Part shown: in pieces, positions 1 to 10,087 of the stretch
Position numbering within the stretch: the stretch's first letter is position 1
Layout of the letters: each line of letters begins with the position of its first letter
NCBI GenBank assembly: GCA_013416795.1
Contig: RQSC01000012.1
Location: 165,249 to 212,397 of the forward strand
From: Prasinococcaceae sp. CCMP 1430
Taxonomy: Eukaryota > Plantae > Prasinodermophyta
Length of the DNA stretch: 47,149 bases
Direction of reading: 5' to 3'
Made by a program: the position numbers and the translations under genes
The notes under the pieces: generated by a model
Database searches by the model: none
The model's input: the letters and a program-made list of their open reading frames with translations, nothing else
What the model was told of the DNA's origin: nothing

Positions 1-459
1 GCGCGCGCGCTCGTGCGTGCGCGGGCGGGTGGGGAGGGGGTGGGGGTGGGGGTTAGGTTGGGGTTGGGGCGGGCGCGAGGGGAGAGAGGAAGACAGGAAG
101 GCAGGCAGGCAGGCAGGCAGGGAGGGAGGGAGGGAGGGGGGGGAAGGAGCGCGCCCGAAGCCTCCCTCGCTCCCGGCCCACCTGGGGAGCACGCGCGCCG
201 CGCGCGCCGTGCCGCGCGCCAGCAGTTCGGGCAGCGCGTGGCCCTGCCTCTTTGGCGCTGCGGTGTGTCGTCCGGCGGGCACCCGGGGACTGCGAGGAGA
301 ACCCCGAGGGGAGGTAGTTGCGGGTCGTGCGCATCGCAGTGCTGCGCGCGCCTTGCCCGGCACGCGCGCAGTGGTGCCGGGGGCTCGGCGGCAGCGGCGG
401 CGGCGTGCCTGACGCAGCCGCAGCTTGCCGCAGACCGCCCGCAACGCACCCGCGCCGCG

Positions 460-1986
460 ATGGTACGAGGGGAGTTCTCGCAGGTGCTGTGGCGATGGAA
501 GGGGCTGTTGGCTGCATTCATGTACGGTGCGTGGCGCGACGCGGGCGAATTGCAAGACGAAGCTCTGGCCGCCGCCGCACCGGGGGCGCAGCCGGCACTG
601 CTGCGCTCCGGGGCGTGGCGCAAATCGCGCGCGCGCACCTGCTGACGCCGCGTCCTCTCGCAGGCATGATGTCAATCAGCTGCGTGTTTCTCAACAAGGC
701 GCTCTTCCGCCTGTGGCACTTTAAGTTCCCGGCGACCTTGGTAATGGGACAGACAGCATTCTCGCTGGGGACGATGGTGCTGCTACGGCAGGTGGGCGCA
801 GTGAAGGGCGAGCCGTTTTCATTCCGCACGCTGCGCAAGATCTTCCCGCTGTCGTTCATGTTCCTGCTGAAGATCGTTCTGGACATGAGCGCGCTCGCTC
901 TCATCAACATTCCGATGTATGGCGTGCTCAAGACCACAACGACACCATTTACCATGCTTGTCGACTACGTCCTCACGGGGCGCGTGTCTCCGATGACTGT
1001 GCAGCTGCCCGTGTACGCCACGACGATCGGCGGCGTGATCGCCGGATTCGGCGACCTGACGTACGACCCGCTGGGCTACCTTATGGCCCTCAGCTCCGCG
1101 CTGGCGACGGCGGGGCACGTGGTGGTGGTTGGCAAGCTGGGCGAAGAGCTCAAGATGGACTCGTTCTCACTCCTCATGTACAACTGCATGTGGTCGCTGC
1201 CTTTCTCCCTTGTGCTCATGGTGGCGGTGGGCGAGCACGAGCGCCTGCTGAGCTTCGAGCATCTCTCGGAGGCGGGTTTCGTGGGGCTCTTCGGCATGGC
1301 GTGCGCGTCAGCGTTCCTGCTGAACCTTGCTACGTACACGTGCACCATGCTGAACGACAGCCTCACCACCAGCGTGGTCGGGCGCGCCAAGTCGATCCTA
1401 CAGGGGCTGGCGGGGCTGTTCGCATTCGGGGACGTGCAGTACTCGCTGCAGAACACCCTGGGCGTGATCATCAACTGCGCCGGTGTGGCGTGGTATACGG
1501 CGGTCAAGTACAGGCTATCGGTGGAGAAGGAGCGCGCCGTCAAGCGGGGGAAGGAGGGGCTACTCGGTCACCAAGGCTCGAACGGACACAACCGCGCCCA
1601 CACTCCGCACGTGGCGAGGGACGGGAGCCAAGTGGTGCTCAAGGTGAGTGCGCCGTTGCTGGCCTGCGCGAGGGCTACTCTCTCGAGGTCACGCGCGCCT
1701 CTTCCCTGCCTCGCCGGGCGTCCTCTGCGCACGCAATCTCTCTCGCGAGCCTGCGCTGATCAGCTCGCGCGCGCCGCCCAACCACCTCGCGCCCCCCCCC
1801 ACACACACGGACACGATGGCCCCTCGCCTTACCTCCCGCGGCTTCTGTTAGATTGATTCGGACTACGGCGGCTCGGAGGGCGGAGACGTGGCGGACATCG
1901 AGGCGGGCGTCGAGGTCGGCGGGCGCGCTGGGGACGCGTTCCACCGCAGCGGCACGGCCGTCGGCGAGAACGGCCACCGGCGATGA
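460..1986 (+). CDS. Nucleotide-sugar transporter, SLC35D/UGNT1-like (TPT/DMT superfamily); exons 460-526, 664-1643, 1852-1986
   Basis: Hydrophobic multi-pass protein containing NIPMYGVLKTTTTPFTML, GDLTYDPLGY and LLMYN, typical of SLC35D-type transporters. Intron 527-663 (GTGCGT...GCTGACG...CAG) joins in frame. Intron 1644-1851 (GTGAGT...TAG) gives an acidic tail ending at TGA 1984-1986; this last junction is less certain. Confidence 0.85.
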
Positions 1987-3203
1987 CTGCTGCTGCGCGT
2001 ACAGTACGCGGCGGGGCCGGCGGCCGCGGCGGGGCGGGGCCCGAGGGCGACTTCGCCGAGCTCGCCGAGCTGGGCGGCATGACGCGCCCGGGCGTGCGCC
2101 TGGCGAGCGGCACGCGCGGTCGCGGCATGTTCGCCACGAAGGACTTCCGCTCGCAGCCGTCGGTGGAGGAGAGCGGGTACGTGGGCGTCTCCCCGCCGCC
2201 GCCATTCGTGTCGGTGCCGCTGTCGCGCGCGCTCGCCGTCGCCGAGGACTCTTCCGCGGAGGACGAGGCCGCGGCGCGGCGCATCCGCGCGAGCATGTAC
2301 AAGGCGTGCGGCGCCGCGCCGGGGGCCAAGCTGGAGTCGTTCTTCGCCGCCGGAGACGTCGTGCCGCACGACGCGCGGCTGGGCCTCATGCTGCTCTTCG
2401 CGACCAAGCGCGGCGACGCCTACTGGCGGAGCTACGCGCGCACGACCGTGCCGGCACTGGCGGACGCCGTGCCGCTGCTCGCGTGGAGCGAGGCGGAGCT
2501 CGCCATGCTCGGCGAGCCCAAGCTGGTGGAGGAGGGGAGGCACTATCGGCAGCGGGCGGCGACCACCGCGGCGGAGTGGCGCAAGTCGTTCAACGTGCTC
2601 GCGCTCGGCATGCCACCGCCCAGCGACGAGGAGGCCATGTGGGCGCTGGCGGCGAGCTCCTCGAGGACGTTCTCCACGTGGCGCGCGGCGAAGGACTGGC
2701 CGGAGCTCGCCGTGATGTGCCCCGCGCTCGACCTCGCCAACCATGACGTCGCACCCAACGCCACGTGGGACTTCGACGAGGGCGCGGGCGCCATGTCGCT
2801 CGTCGCGTGCCGCTTCCGCGACGCCGAGCAGGCGCAGCTCCCCGACGGGCTGTGGGCCGCCGCCGGCGACGAGGTGTGCATCAGCTACTCGCCCGAGGCG
2901 GGCAACGAGAAGCTCATCACCCACTACGGCTTCGCCAACGACGCCAACCCCAACGACAGGCTCGCGCCGTCCGACCTCGCGCACGCGGGCGTGGGCGAGC
3001 TGCTGGCGAAGCTCGACGGGGCGAGCTTCCTCGACGCGGCGGGGATCGACGCGGAGGACCTCGAGTGGATCGTGGGCGACACGGAGGTGCGCCCGGCGGC
3101 CGATCGGCGGCGCCTGTGCGCGGCCGCGAGCATCGCGGGCGGCGCGCGGCGGACGCGCGCGGAGGGCGAGGCGACCACGCGCGAGGGGTTGGCGGAGCAG
3201 GCG
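1983..3203 (+). CDS. SET-domain protein-lysine methyltransferase, Rubisco-LSMT-like family (3' end lost in gap)
   Basis: Motifs GRGMFATKD, MCPALDLANHD and GDEVCISYS...NEKLITHYGF. Very high GC3. The frame runs into the N gap at 3204. Confidence 0.85.
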
Positions 3204-3848
3204 NNNNNNNNNNNNNNNNNNNNNNNNNNNNNNNNNNNNNNNNNNNNNNNNNNNNNNNNNNNNNNNNNNNNNNNNNNNNNNNNNNNNNNNNNNNNNNNNN
3301 NNNNNNNNNNNNNNNNNNNNNNNNNNNNNNNNNNNNNNNNNNNNNNNNNNNNNNNNNNNNNNNNNNNNNNNNNNNNNNNNNNNNNNNNNNNNNNNNNNNN
3401 NNNNNNNNNNNNNNNNNNNNNNNNNNNNNNNNNNNNNNNNNNNNNNNNNNNNNNNNNNNNNNNNNNNNNNNNNNNNNNNNNNNNNNNNNNNNNNNNNNNN
3501 NNNNNNNNNNNNNNNNNNNNNNNNNNNNNNNNNNNNNNNNNNNNNNNNNNNNNNNNNNNNNNNNNNNNNNNNNNNNNNNNNNNNNNNNNNNNNNNNNNNN
3601 NNNNNNNNNNNNNNNNNNNNNNNNNNNNNNNNNNNNNNNNNNNNNNNNNNNNNNNNNNNNNNNNNNNNNNNNNNNNNNNNNNNNNNNNNNNNNNNNNNNN
3701 NNNNNNNNNNNNNNNNNNNNNNNNNNNNNNNNNNNNNNNNNNNNNNNNNNNNNNNNNNNNNNNNNNNNNNNNNNNNNNNNNNNNNNNNNNNNNNNNNNNN
3801 NNNNNNNNNNNNNNNNNNNNNNNNNNNNNNNNNNNNNNNNNNNNNNNN
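3204..3848. other. Assembly gap (N run)
   Basis: Run of N bases. Confidence 1.
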
Positions 3849-3967
3849 CCACCCGCGGGCGAGGTCGCCGGGGTCCCGTGCCCCGGGCGCGCCCGCGAGC
3901 GCTGTGGCGCGAGGCGCCCGCGCCCTAACACGCAAAGCCTGCCCGGCAAGGCAGATGGCGACCTGAG

Positions 3968-4014
3968 TGATGGCACTTTCGCATGCATTTGGAATGCATG
4001 CGAAAACGCCATCA
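3968..4014. repeat. Inverted repeat/hairpin: 7-bp outer stem, 2x2 mismatch, 13-bp perfect inner stem, 3-nt loop
   Basis: TGATGGC-ac-TTTCGCATGCATT-tgg-AATGCATGCGAAA-ac-GCCATCA, read directly from the sequence. Confidence 0.9.
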
Positions 4015-4047
4015 GACTTCGGGCTGGCCGGCGAAGGCACGACGGCT

Positions 4048-4080
4048 GGTGGTGGTGGCGGTGGTGGTGGTGGTGGTGGT
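4048..4080 (+). repeat. (GGT)n microsatellite, followed by (GCGCGT)n repeats near 4120-4145
   Basis: Direct reading. Confidence 0.9.
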
Positions 4081-4166
4081 GCCGCCGCCGCTATCGAGGG
4101 CGATGCTGCTGTCACAGCACGCGCGTGCGCGCGTGCGCGTGCGCGAGCGCGGGCGCCGTGCGCTGC

Positions 4167-5090
4167 GTGGGCCACCGCGTGGTGCACGGCGGCCCCTCCT
4201 TCTCCGCCGCGGCGCTGCTCGACGCCGACGCCAAGGAGGCGGTGCGCGCCGCGTGCGACCTCGCGCCGCTGCACAACCCGCCCGCGCTGCTCGGCATCGA
4301 CGTCGCCGAGGCGCTCTTCCCCGGCGCCGCGCAGGTGGGCGTCTTCGACACGGCCTTCCACCAGACCATGGGCCCCGAGGCGTACACCTACGCGCTGCCG
4401 CGCTCCATGCGCGCGGGGGAGGGCGGCGTGCGCCGCTACGGCTTCCACGGCTCCTCGTACGCCTTCGTCGCGCAGGCCGCGGCCAACGCGCTCGGGCGGC
4501 GCCTGGAGGACCTCGGGCTGATCGTCTGCCACCTCGGCAGCGGCGCGTCGATGGCGTGCGTGGAGGGGGGGCGCTGCGTGGACACCACGATGGGCATGAC
4601 GCCGATGGAGGGGCTCGTGATGGGCACGCGGGGGGGGGACGTCGACCCGGGCGCGCTGCTGTACCTCCTCGAGAGCATGGGCGCCGACGAGCTCGGCAAG
4701 GCGCTGAACAAGGAGTCGGGGCTGCTGGGCATGTGCGGCAAGGCGGACATGCGCTCGGTGGTCGAGGGCGTCGCCCGCGGCGACGCCGACTGCAAGCTGG
4801 CCTTCGACGTGTACGTGCACCGCGTGCGCAAGTACCTGGGCGCGTACCTCGTCAAGCTCGGCGGGAAGTGCGACGCTATCGTCTTCACGGGCGGCGTCGG
4901 CGAGAACGCCGCCGCGCTGCGCCAGGCCGTGTGCGCGGGCCTCGAGCCCCTCGGCATCGCCGTCGACGCGGGGAAGAACAGCGCCGCGCAGGGGGTCCTC
5001 GCCGAGCTGCAAACCAGCTTCAGCCGGACCAAGGTCATGACGGTGCCCACCAACGAGGAGCTCAGCATCGCCCTGCAAACCTTCCGCGTG
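4167..5090 (+). CDS. ACK: Acetate kinase, conserved core only (N-terminus unresolved; no stop codon before the gap at 5551)
   Basis: Diagnostic motifs VGHRVVHGG, LAPLHNP, VFDTAFHQTM, RRYGFHGSSY, CHLGSGAS, DTTMGMTPMEGLVMGTRGGDVDPG, LNKESGLLG, FTGGVGEN and TNEELSIA. Confidence 0.95.
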
Positions 5091-5550
5091 GCGGGCTGCG
5101 CGCCCGCGCCCATCCGCGCCGCCCGTGCCGCCGCCAAGGCGCCGGCCGCCGCGCCTCCACGCGACGCCCGCCCGCCCGAGCGCGCGCGCCGCCGCGCCGC
5201 GCTCCGTTGGCCCCCCCAAAAAAACCAACCGAGCGCGCGGCAGCTGCCGGCCGGCCGACCCTGCTCCGCCCGGGTCGAATGCGCATGCGCAACGACACGC
5301 TCCAATTCCGCCGCGGTTCCGCCAATTCGGCGGCGACGGGAAACGCGCGGATCGAATTTCCGGACGGAGGGGACGGGGACGCCGCGCGCTCGGACCGGTC
5401 GGGGGTGTCCTGGGACAAGGGGGCCGCGGCGCGCGCGCGCCGCGCCAACCAGCGGAACGAGCGGCGTTTCCGGCGTCGTTTCGGCTTCCGTTTTCCGGCG
5501 TTTCCGCGCAGCAACGGCGGCGGCGTCACGGCGAGGCGGCGCCGGCCCGG

Positions 5551-6136
5551 NNNNNNNNNNNNNNNNNNNNNNNNNNNNNNNNNNNNNNNNNNNNNNNNNN
5601 NNNNNNNNNNNNNNNNNNNNNNNNNNNNNNNNNNNNNNNNNNNNNNNNNNNNNNNNNNNNNNNNNNNNNNNNNNNNNNNNNNNNNNNNNNNNNNNNNNNN
5701 NNNNNNNNNNNNNNNNNNNNNNNNNNNNNNNNNNNNNNNNNNNNNNNNNNNNNNNNNNNNNNNNNNNNNNNNNNNNNNNNNNNNNNNNNNNNNNNNNNNN
5801 NNNNNNNNNNNNNNNNNNNNNNNNNNNNNNNNNNNNNNNNNNNNNNNNNNNNNNNNNNNNNNNNNNNNNNNNNNNNNNNNNNNNNNNNNNNNNNNNNNNN
5901 NNNNNNNNNNNNNNNNNNNNNNNNNNNNNNNNNNNNNNNNNNNNNNNNNNNNNNNNNNNNNNNNNNNNNNNNNNNNNNNNNNNNNNNNNNNNNNNNNNNN
6001 NNNNNNNNNNNNNNNNNNNNNNNNNNNNNNNNNNNNNNNNNNNNNNNNNNNNNNNNNNNNNNNNNNNNNNNNNNNNNNNNNNNNNNNNNNNNNNNNNNNN
6101 NNNNNNNNNNNNNNNNNNNNNNNNNNNNNNNNNNNN
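5551..6136. other. Assembly gap (N run)
   Basis: Run of N bases. Confidence 1.
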
Positions 6137-7242
6137 GCGCGGCGGGCGCCGCGCCGATGCTGCCCCGCCGCGACGCGCGCAGCAGCAGCGGCAGCCGCAG
6201 CAGCAGCAGCGGCAGCAGCAGCAAGGGGGCGCTGTCCATGGGCAGGACGCGCCGCGCGTCGACGAAGGCCGCGGCCGTGGAGTTCAGCTTCAGCGGAGGC
6301 TCTTCGGCGTCGGGCGTGGCGCTCGCCGACCGCCCGGCGTGGATGAAGCCCTTCACAATCTTCGCGTCGCAGGTCAAGGCGCAGCGCTGGCGCGAGTACT
6401 GGGACCGCGAGTGGAACTCGCGCGACATCACGTACGCCGCGTTCATCGGCGGCATGCACCTGCTGTGCCTGGCCGCGCCCTTCACGTTCAGCTGGGCCAA
6501 CCTCGCGTTTGGCGTGGCCATGTACGTCGTGACGGGCATGCTGGGCATCACGCTGTCGTACCACCGCCAGCTCAGCCACAAATCCTTTACCACTCCCAAG
6601 TGGCTCGAGTACGCGCTGGCGTACTGCGGCGTCCTGTCGATGCAGGGGCCGCCCATCGAGTGGGTCAGCGCGCACCGCTACCACCACCAGTTCTGCGACA
6701 CGCCCAAGGACCCGCACACACCGCACGAGGGCTTCTGGCACTCGCACGCGGGCTGGCTCCTCGACAACGACGTCAATGACGAGCGCTGCGGCATGCGTGG
6801 CAACTGCCAGGACATGACGAGGCAGCCGTTCTACCAGTGGCTCGAGCGCACGTACATCTGGCACCCGATGCTCTTCGGCGCGCTCACGTTCGCCATCGGC
6901 GGCTTCGGCGCGCTGGTGTGGGGCGTGGCGCTGCGCACCGTGTGGGTGTGGCACATCACGTGGGCTGTCAACTCCATCTCGCACGTTTGGGGCAAGCAGG
7001 CGTGGAACACGGGAGACGAGTCGCGCAACAACCTGCTGATCGGCATCCTCGCCTTCGGCGAGGGTTGGCACAACAACCACCACGCGTTCGAGTACTCGGC
7101 GCGCCACGGACTGGAGTGGCAGCAATTTGACATGACGTGGATCTCCATCTGCTTTCTCAAGTTCCTGGGGCTCGCCGACAACATTCGCCTGCCGTCCGAG
7201 GCCGCCATGAACAAGCTGCGGCTGCCGCCGGCGACGGCGTGA
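6137..7242 (+). CDS. Acyl-lipid desaturase, ADS/FAD5 family (plastid delta7/delta9 type); start at ATG 6157 or inside the gap
   Basis: Three His boxes (HRQLSH, HRYHH, HNNHH) plus LGITLSYHR, WAVNS..HVWG and GEGWHNNHHAF. The Ser/Arg/Ala-rich N-terminus resembles a transit peptide. Confidence 0.93.
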
Positions 7243-7474
7243 GGCGGAGCAACCGCGCGCCCCGGGGGGATGGGGGGGTGGGGGGGATGAAAGGGGTGGG
7301 GGGGAAGAAGCTGCGGGCGGGCCCACACGGTGAAAGGGGCGCATATCGAAAGCGGATGAGCAACCCAACGACTGAGGGGGAAGACGAGCTCGCGGCGCAA
7401 TTTTACTGCCGCTGCGCTATCTAGCAGGTTGTGCACATGCCGCGGCGAGCCAAGTGCTAGCACACGAAGCACAA

Positions 7475-7479
7475 TGTAA
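7475..7479 (+). promoter_or_regulatory. TGTAA green-algal polyadenylation signal downstream of the desaturase; also at 12117-12121, 17319-17323, 22521-22525 and 38757-38761
   Basis: TGTAA occurs at, or within about 240 nt after, five + strand stop codons. UGUAA is the established chlorophyte near-upstream element. Confidence 0.6.
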
Positions 7480-7552
7480 AGTTATTTGCGTGTGATGTGA
7501 CAGCCTGAATCCGCAGAGCGCGCTAGTCGCGCGTGGGCGTTCGCTGAGCACG

Positions 7553-9874
7553 CTAGTCGCGCGTGGGCGTGATAGGTTCTAGTGCTGCGGCCAGCAGCTG
7601 CATCTGCTGCTCGTTGCGCTTGAGCATCTCCTCGACGAGTAGCTGCCTGCCCGCGGCCGTGCTCGCACCGCCTGGTAGCGCCGCGTCCCACTGCGCGGAC
7701 GGTATGCTCAGCTGTGGGCTACCACGCTGCGCTTCCGCCAGCGCTGGGGCGGGCCGCCCGACGTCCATGGGAGGCGCAGCGTGCTCCCTGGCAGCCTGCA
7801 CGCTTGCGTGCGGCTGGTCGCCCGTGCTGCCCGCTGCCCGCGTCGACTCTGCGTGCGCATCCCATCTCCTCACGGGGGTCACCGTGGGCGGTGCGGCTCT
7901 TGGCGCCTCTTCGCTTGCAAGCGGCGAAGGCGTCGGTGCGAGCGCTTCTGCGTCGTACCGTCCTGAGAGGGCAAGCGAGCACACAGCGCGTTGCCGCTGG
8001 TTGGCGGCGAGCGTGGCGTCGATGTGCTGCTGTGCGCGCGTGGCCTGCGAGCGTTCCTCGGGCGTCTTGAAGGCCCAGTCGGCGAACTCCAGCGCGTCGC
8101 GCACGTAGCCCTCCGCCCCGATGGGTGCTGCCACGCGGACTGTGGTGCGCGTGCCGTCGGGAAAGATGACGTCTGCCGTGTTGCGCTCGCCGTCCAGCTC
8201 GAGCAGAGTGCGATCGCGAAAGGACACGCGTACCCGGCCGTCCGCGTACGCAGAGAACGCGCCCTGCCGCGGCACCTCAACGCGCGTGACGAGCGTCGTC
8301 GAAACCACGGCCGCCTTGGTCGCGCCTCTGCCCAGCCCCGCGCCTGGCGCGGCCGCAGCGGCAGCCTCAGTCGCGGCCTCGAGCTGCGCTCGTTCGGCGG
8401 CATCCGCGGCCACGGCGGCCGCGCGCAAGGCGACAGCGCGCCTCGCGGCGGCGCCTAGTGGTACCGCAACGGAATCGTGCAAATTCGAGCTCGCGGGGCT
8501 CCTCCCCTCGCCCTCGCCCTCGTCCTTGCCGTGCGCGATCTCATTCGAGTACTCACTGGTAGCAAGACCTGCGCCCGCCACACTTGTGCGTGCGGACGTG
8601 GCCCCGCGCCTCAGGGCATACACGTGCTCAGGCACATTCGCCGCCGCCAGCGTGGTGCTATCCTCGTCGCGGGCGCCTGTAACGTGCCGCACGAGCAGAC
8701 CGCCGGCGGCCGTCTCGAGAAGCGAGCCGTCCGCAGCGAGCGTGCCGCGCACCTCGCCTTCGCCACCGCGCGCGTGACCGCTCCTGCCGTGCGGTGTCGC
8801 CACCCAGTGCAGCGTGCAAGCGGGTGTCCACTCGACGAGCGGCGCGTGGGCGGGGTCGGAGCTGTAGGTCTCCAGCGATGCGCTGCGCCACCACGACGAG
8901 CCGCCCAGGTCTGACCAGCCAGGGACTACCGCGCCCTCACCCGCGCGCGGCACCGCTGGGAGCGCGGTCGAGGAACCGCCCGCGCCAGCTGCTGCGAGGG
9001 TGGCCGCATCCGCGCACGCGGCCGCGCTGGTCGGCGCGCAGCCGCTCGCGCGCGCGTCCAGTGCGAGCCGCACTGCCGGTCGCCAGCGCTCCGGATAGCA
9101 GCCATCCGTTGCCGCGAACACCTGCGACTGCCACACGCACTCGCTCTGCTGCTCCTGCGCGTCGCGCGCGTTGGGTGCTCGCCCAGCGTCGTCCGCGTCG
9201 TCCGCGAGCGCAGGCGGCAGTGCGAGCGGATACGTGACGCAGAAGTGCGCGCCGTGCGCCGAGAGGAGCAAGTGCGCTGAGCCGCACAGCGAGCGCACTG
9301 AGATGGCACCCGTCTCGGCGGACGCGCTCACGTGGCCCACCGCTGCGCCCGCACGCGCCGTGGCGGGCCACGCGACGGCGGGCGGGCGCGCACGAGGCGC
9401 AGAGAATGGCGTACAATAGCCCGCTGCCCGTGCGAGTGCCCCGCTCTCCGCGTACGGAGGCGCGTCGGCGCACGCGCCGCAGTGCATGTTGCGAAAGCGC
9501 AGCACGGCGCCGACGCGCGCGGCGTGCTCGCGCGTGGCGCACGCGCTCAGCTGGCGGCGCAGCTCGCCGCGTTGCGACACCGCCGTGAAGGCTCGACCGC
9601 CGGGCTCCAGCCACAGCGCCGAGCCGTCCGAGAACTGCCCGCGCGCTGCGCCGCAGCGCGTGAGCACGCAGCGCACGAGCGACGGCGCTCCGGCGCGCAT
9701 CTCGGCGGTAGACGCCGTGGCCGCGGCGGCCTTGCCGGGGCGTGCATCGTCCGCGTGTGCGTGCTGCCGCCCTGCGGCCTTGCGCGTTGGCGTGGGCGCC
9801 GAGGGCCGCGCCGCCAGCGCGTCCCCGCCCGCGCCCACCATCCCTTGGTCGACCGCCTCGCAAGGCGCGGACAT
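7553..9874 (-). CDS. C5orf34-like protein (DUF4524 N-terminal and DUF4520 C-terminal type regions)
   Basis: QFSDGSALWLEPGGRAF...VLRFRN, VAWP...GAISVRSLCGSAHLLL and GAFSAYADGRVRVSFRDRTLLEL parallel the two conserved blocks of human C5orf34 as I recall them. The first real ATG is 9874; the ORF upstream of it is (CA)n repeat. Confidence 0.7.
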   Translation of the reverse strand: MSAPCEAVDQGMVGAGGDALAARPSAPTPTRKAAGRQHAHADDARPGKAAAATASTAEMRAGAPSLVRCVLTRCGAARGQFSDGSALWLEPGGRAFTAVSQRGELRRQLSACATREHAARVGAVLRFRNMHCGACADAPPYAESGALARAAGYCTPFSAPRARPPAVAWPATARAGAAVGHVSASAETGAISVRSLCGSAHLLLSAHGAHFCVTYPLALPPALADDADDAGRAPNARDAQEQQSECVWQSQVFAATDGCYPERWRPAVRLALDARASGCAPTSAAACADAATLAAAGAGGSSTALPAVPRAGEGAVVPGWSDLGGSSWWRSASLETYSSDPAHAPLVEWTPACTLHWVATPHGRSGHARGGEGEVRGTLAADGSLLETAAGGLLVRHVTGARDEDSTTLAAANVPEHVYALRRGATSARTSVAGAGLATSEYSNEIAHGKDEGEGEGRSPASSNLHDSVAVPLGAAARRAVALRAAAVAADAAERAQLEAATEAAAAAAPGAGLGRGATKAAVVSTTLVTRVEVPRQGAFSAYADGRVRVSFRDRTLLELDGERNTADVIFPDGTRTTVRVAAPIGAEGYVRDALEFADWAFKTPEERSQATRAQQHIDATLAANQRQRAVCSLALSGRYDAEALAPTPSPLASEEAPRAAPPTVTPVRRWDAHAESTRAAGSTGDQPHASVQAAREHAAPPMDVGRPAPALAEAQRGSPQLSIPSAQWDAALPGGASTAAGRQLLVEEMLKRNEQQMQLLAAALEPITPTRD

Positions 9875-10087
9875 TGCGGCCGCCCCCGCTCCCCGCTCCC
9901 TGTGCCCACGCACGCACGCACCCACGCACACACACACACACACCTACACCCACCCCTCACCCCGCGAGGCTGGCGCGCGCGCGCCCGAAATTCGACAACG
10001 CGCTTTTCCCGCCACCACCACCCCGCGGCGTGGGCAGGGGCATGGACGACCCCGGTCTGCGACGCCCGCTGAGGACCGTCTGATCGG

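Noticed and set aside
1863-5228. Long antisense and alternate-frame ORFs (also 5062-7368, 28346-30691, 28804-30042 and many others)
   Set aside because: They are shadow ORFs of GC-rich coding strands, rich in Arg/Ala/Gly/Pro, with no domains.
1983-6779. 1598-aa ORF suggesting a SET-acetate kinase fusion
   Set aside because: It stays open only because it is translated through two N gaps. The domains belong to separate genes unless gap closure shows otherwise.
9875-9943. N-terminal extension MCVCVCVGAC of the C5orf34-like ORF
   Set aside because: It derives from a (CA)n repeat and a non-ATG start. ATG 9874 is preferred.
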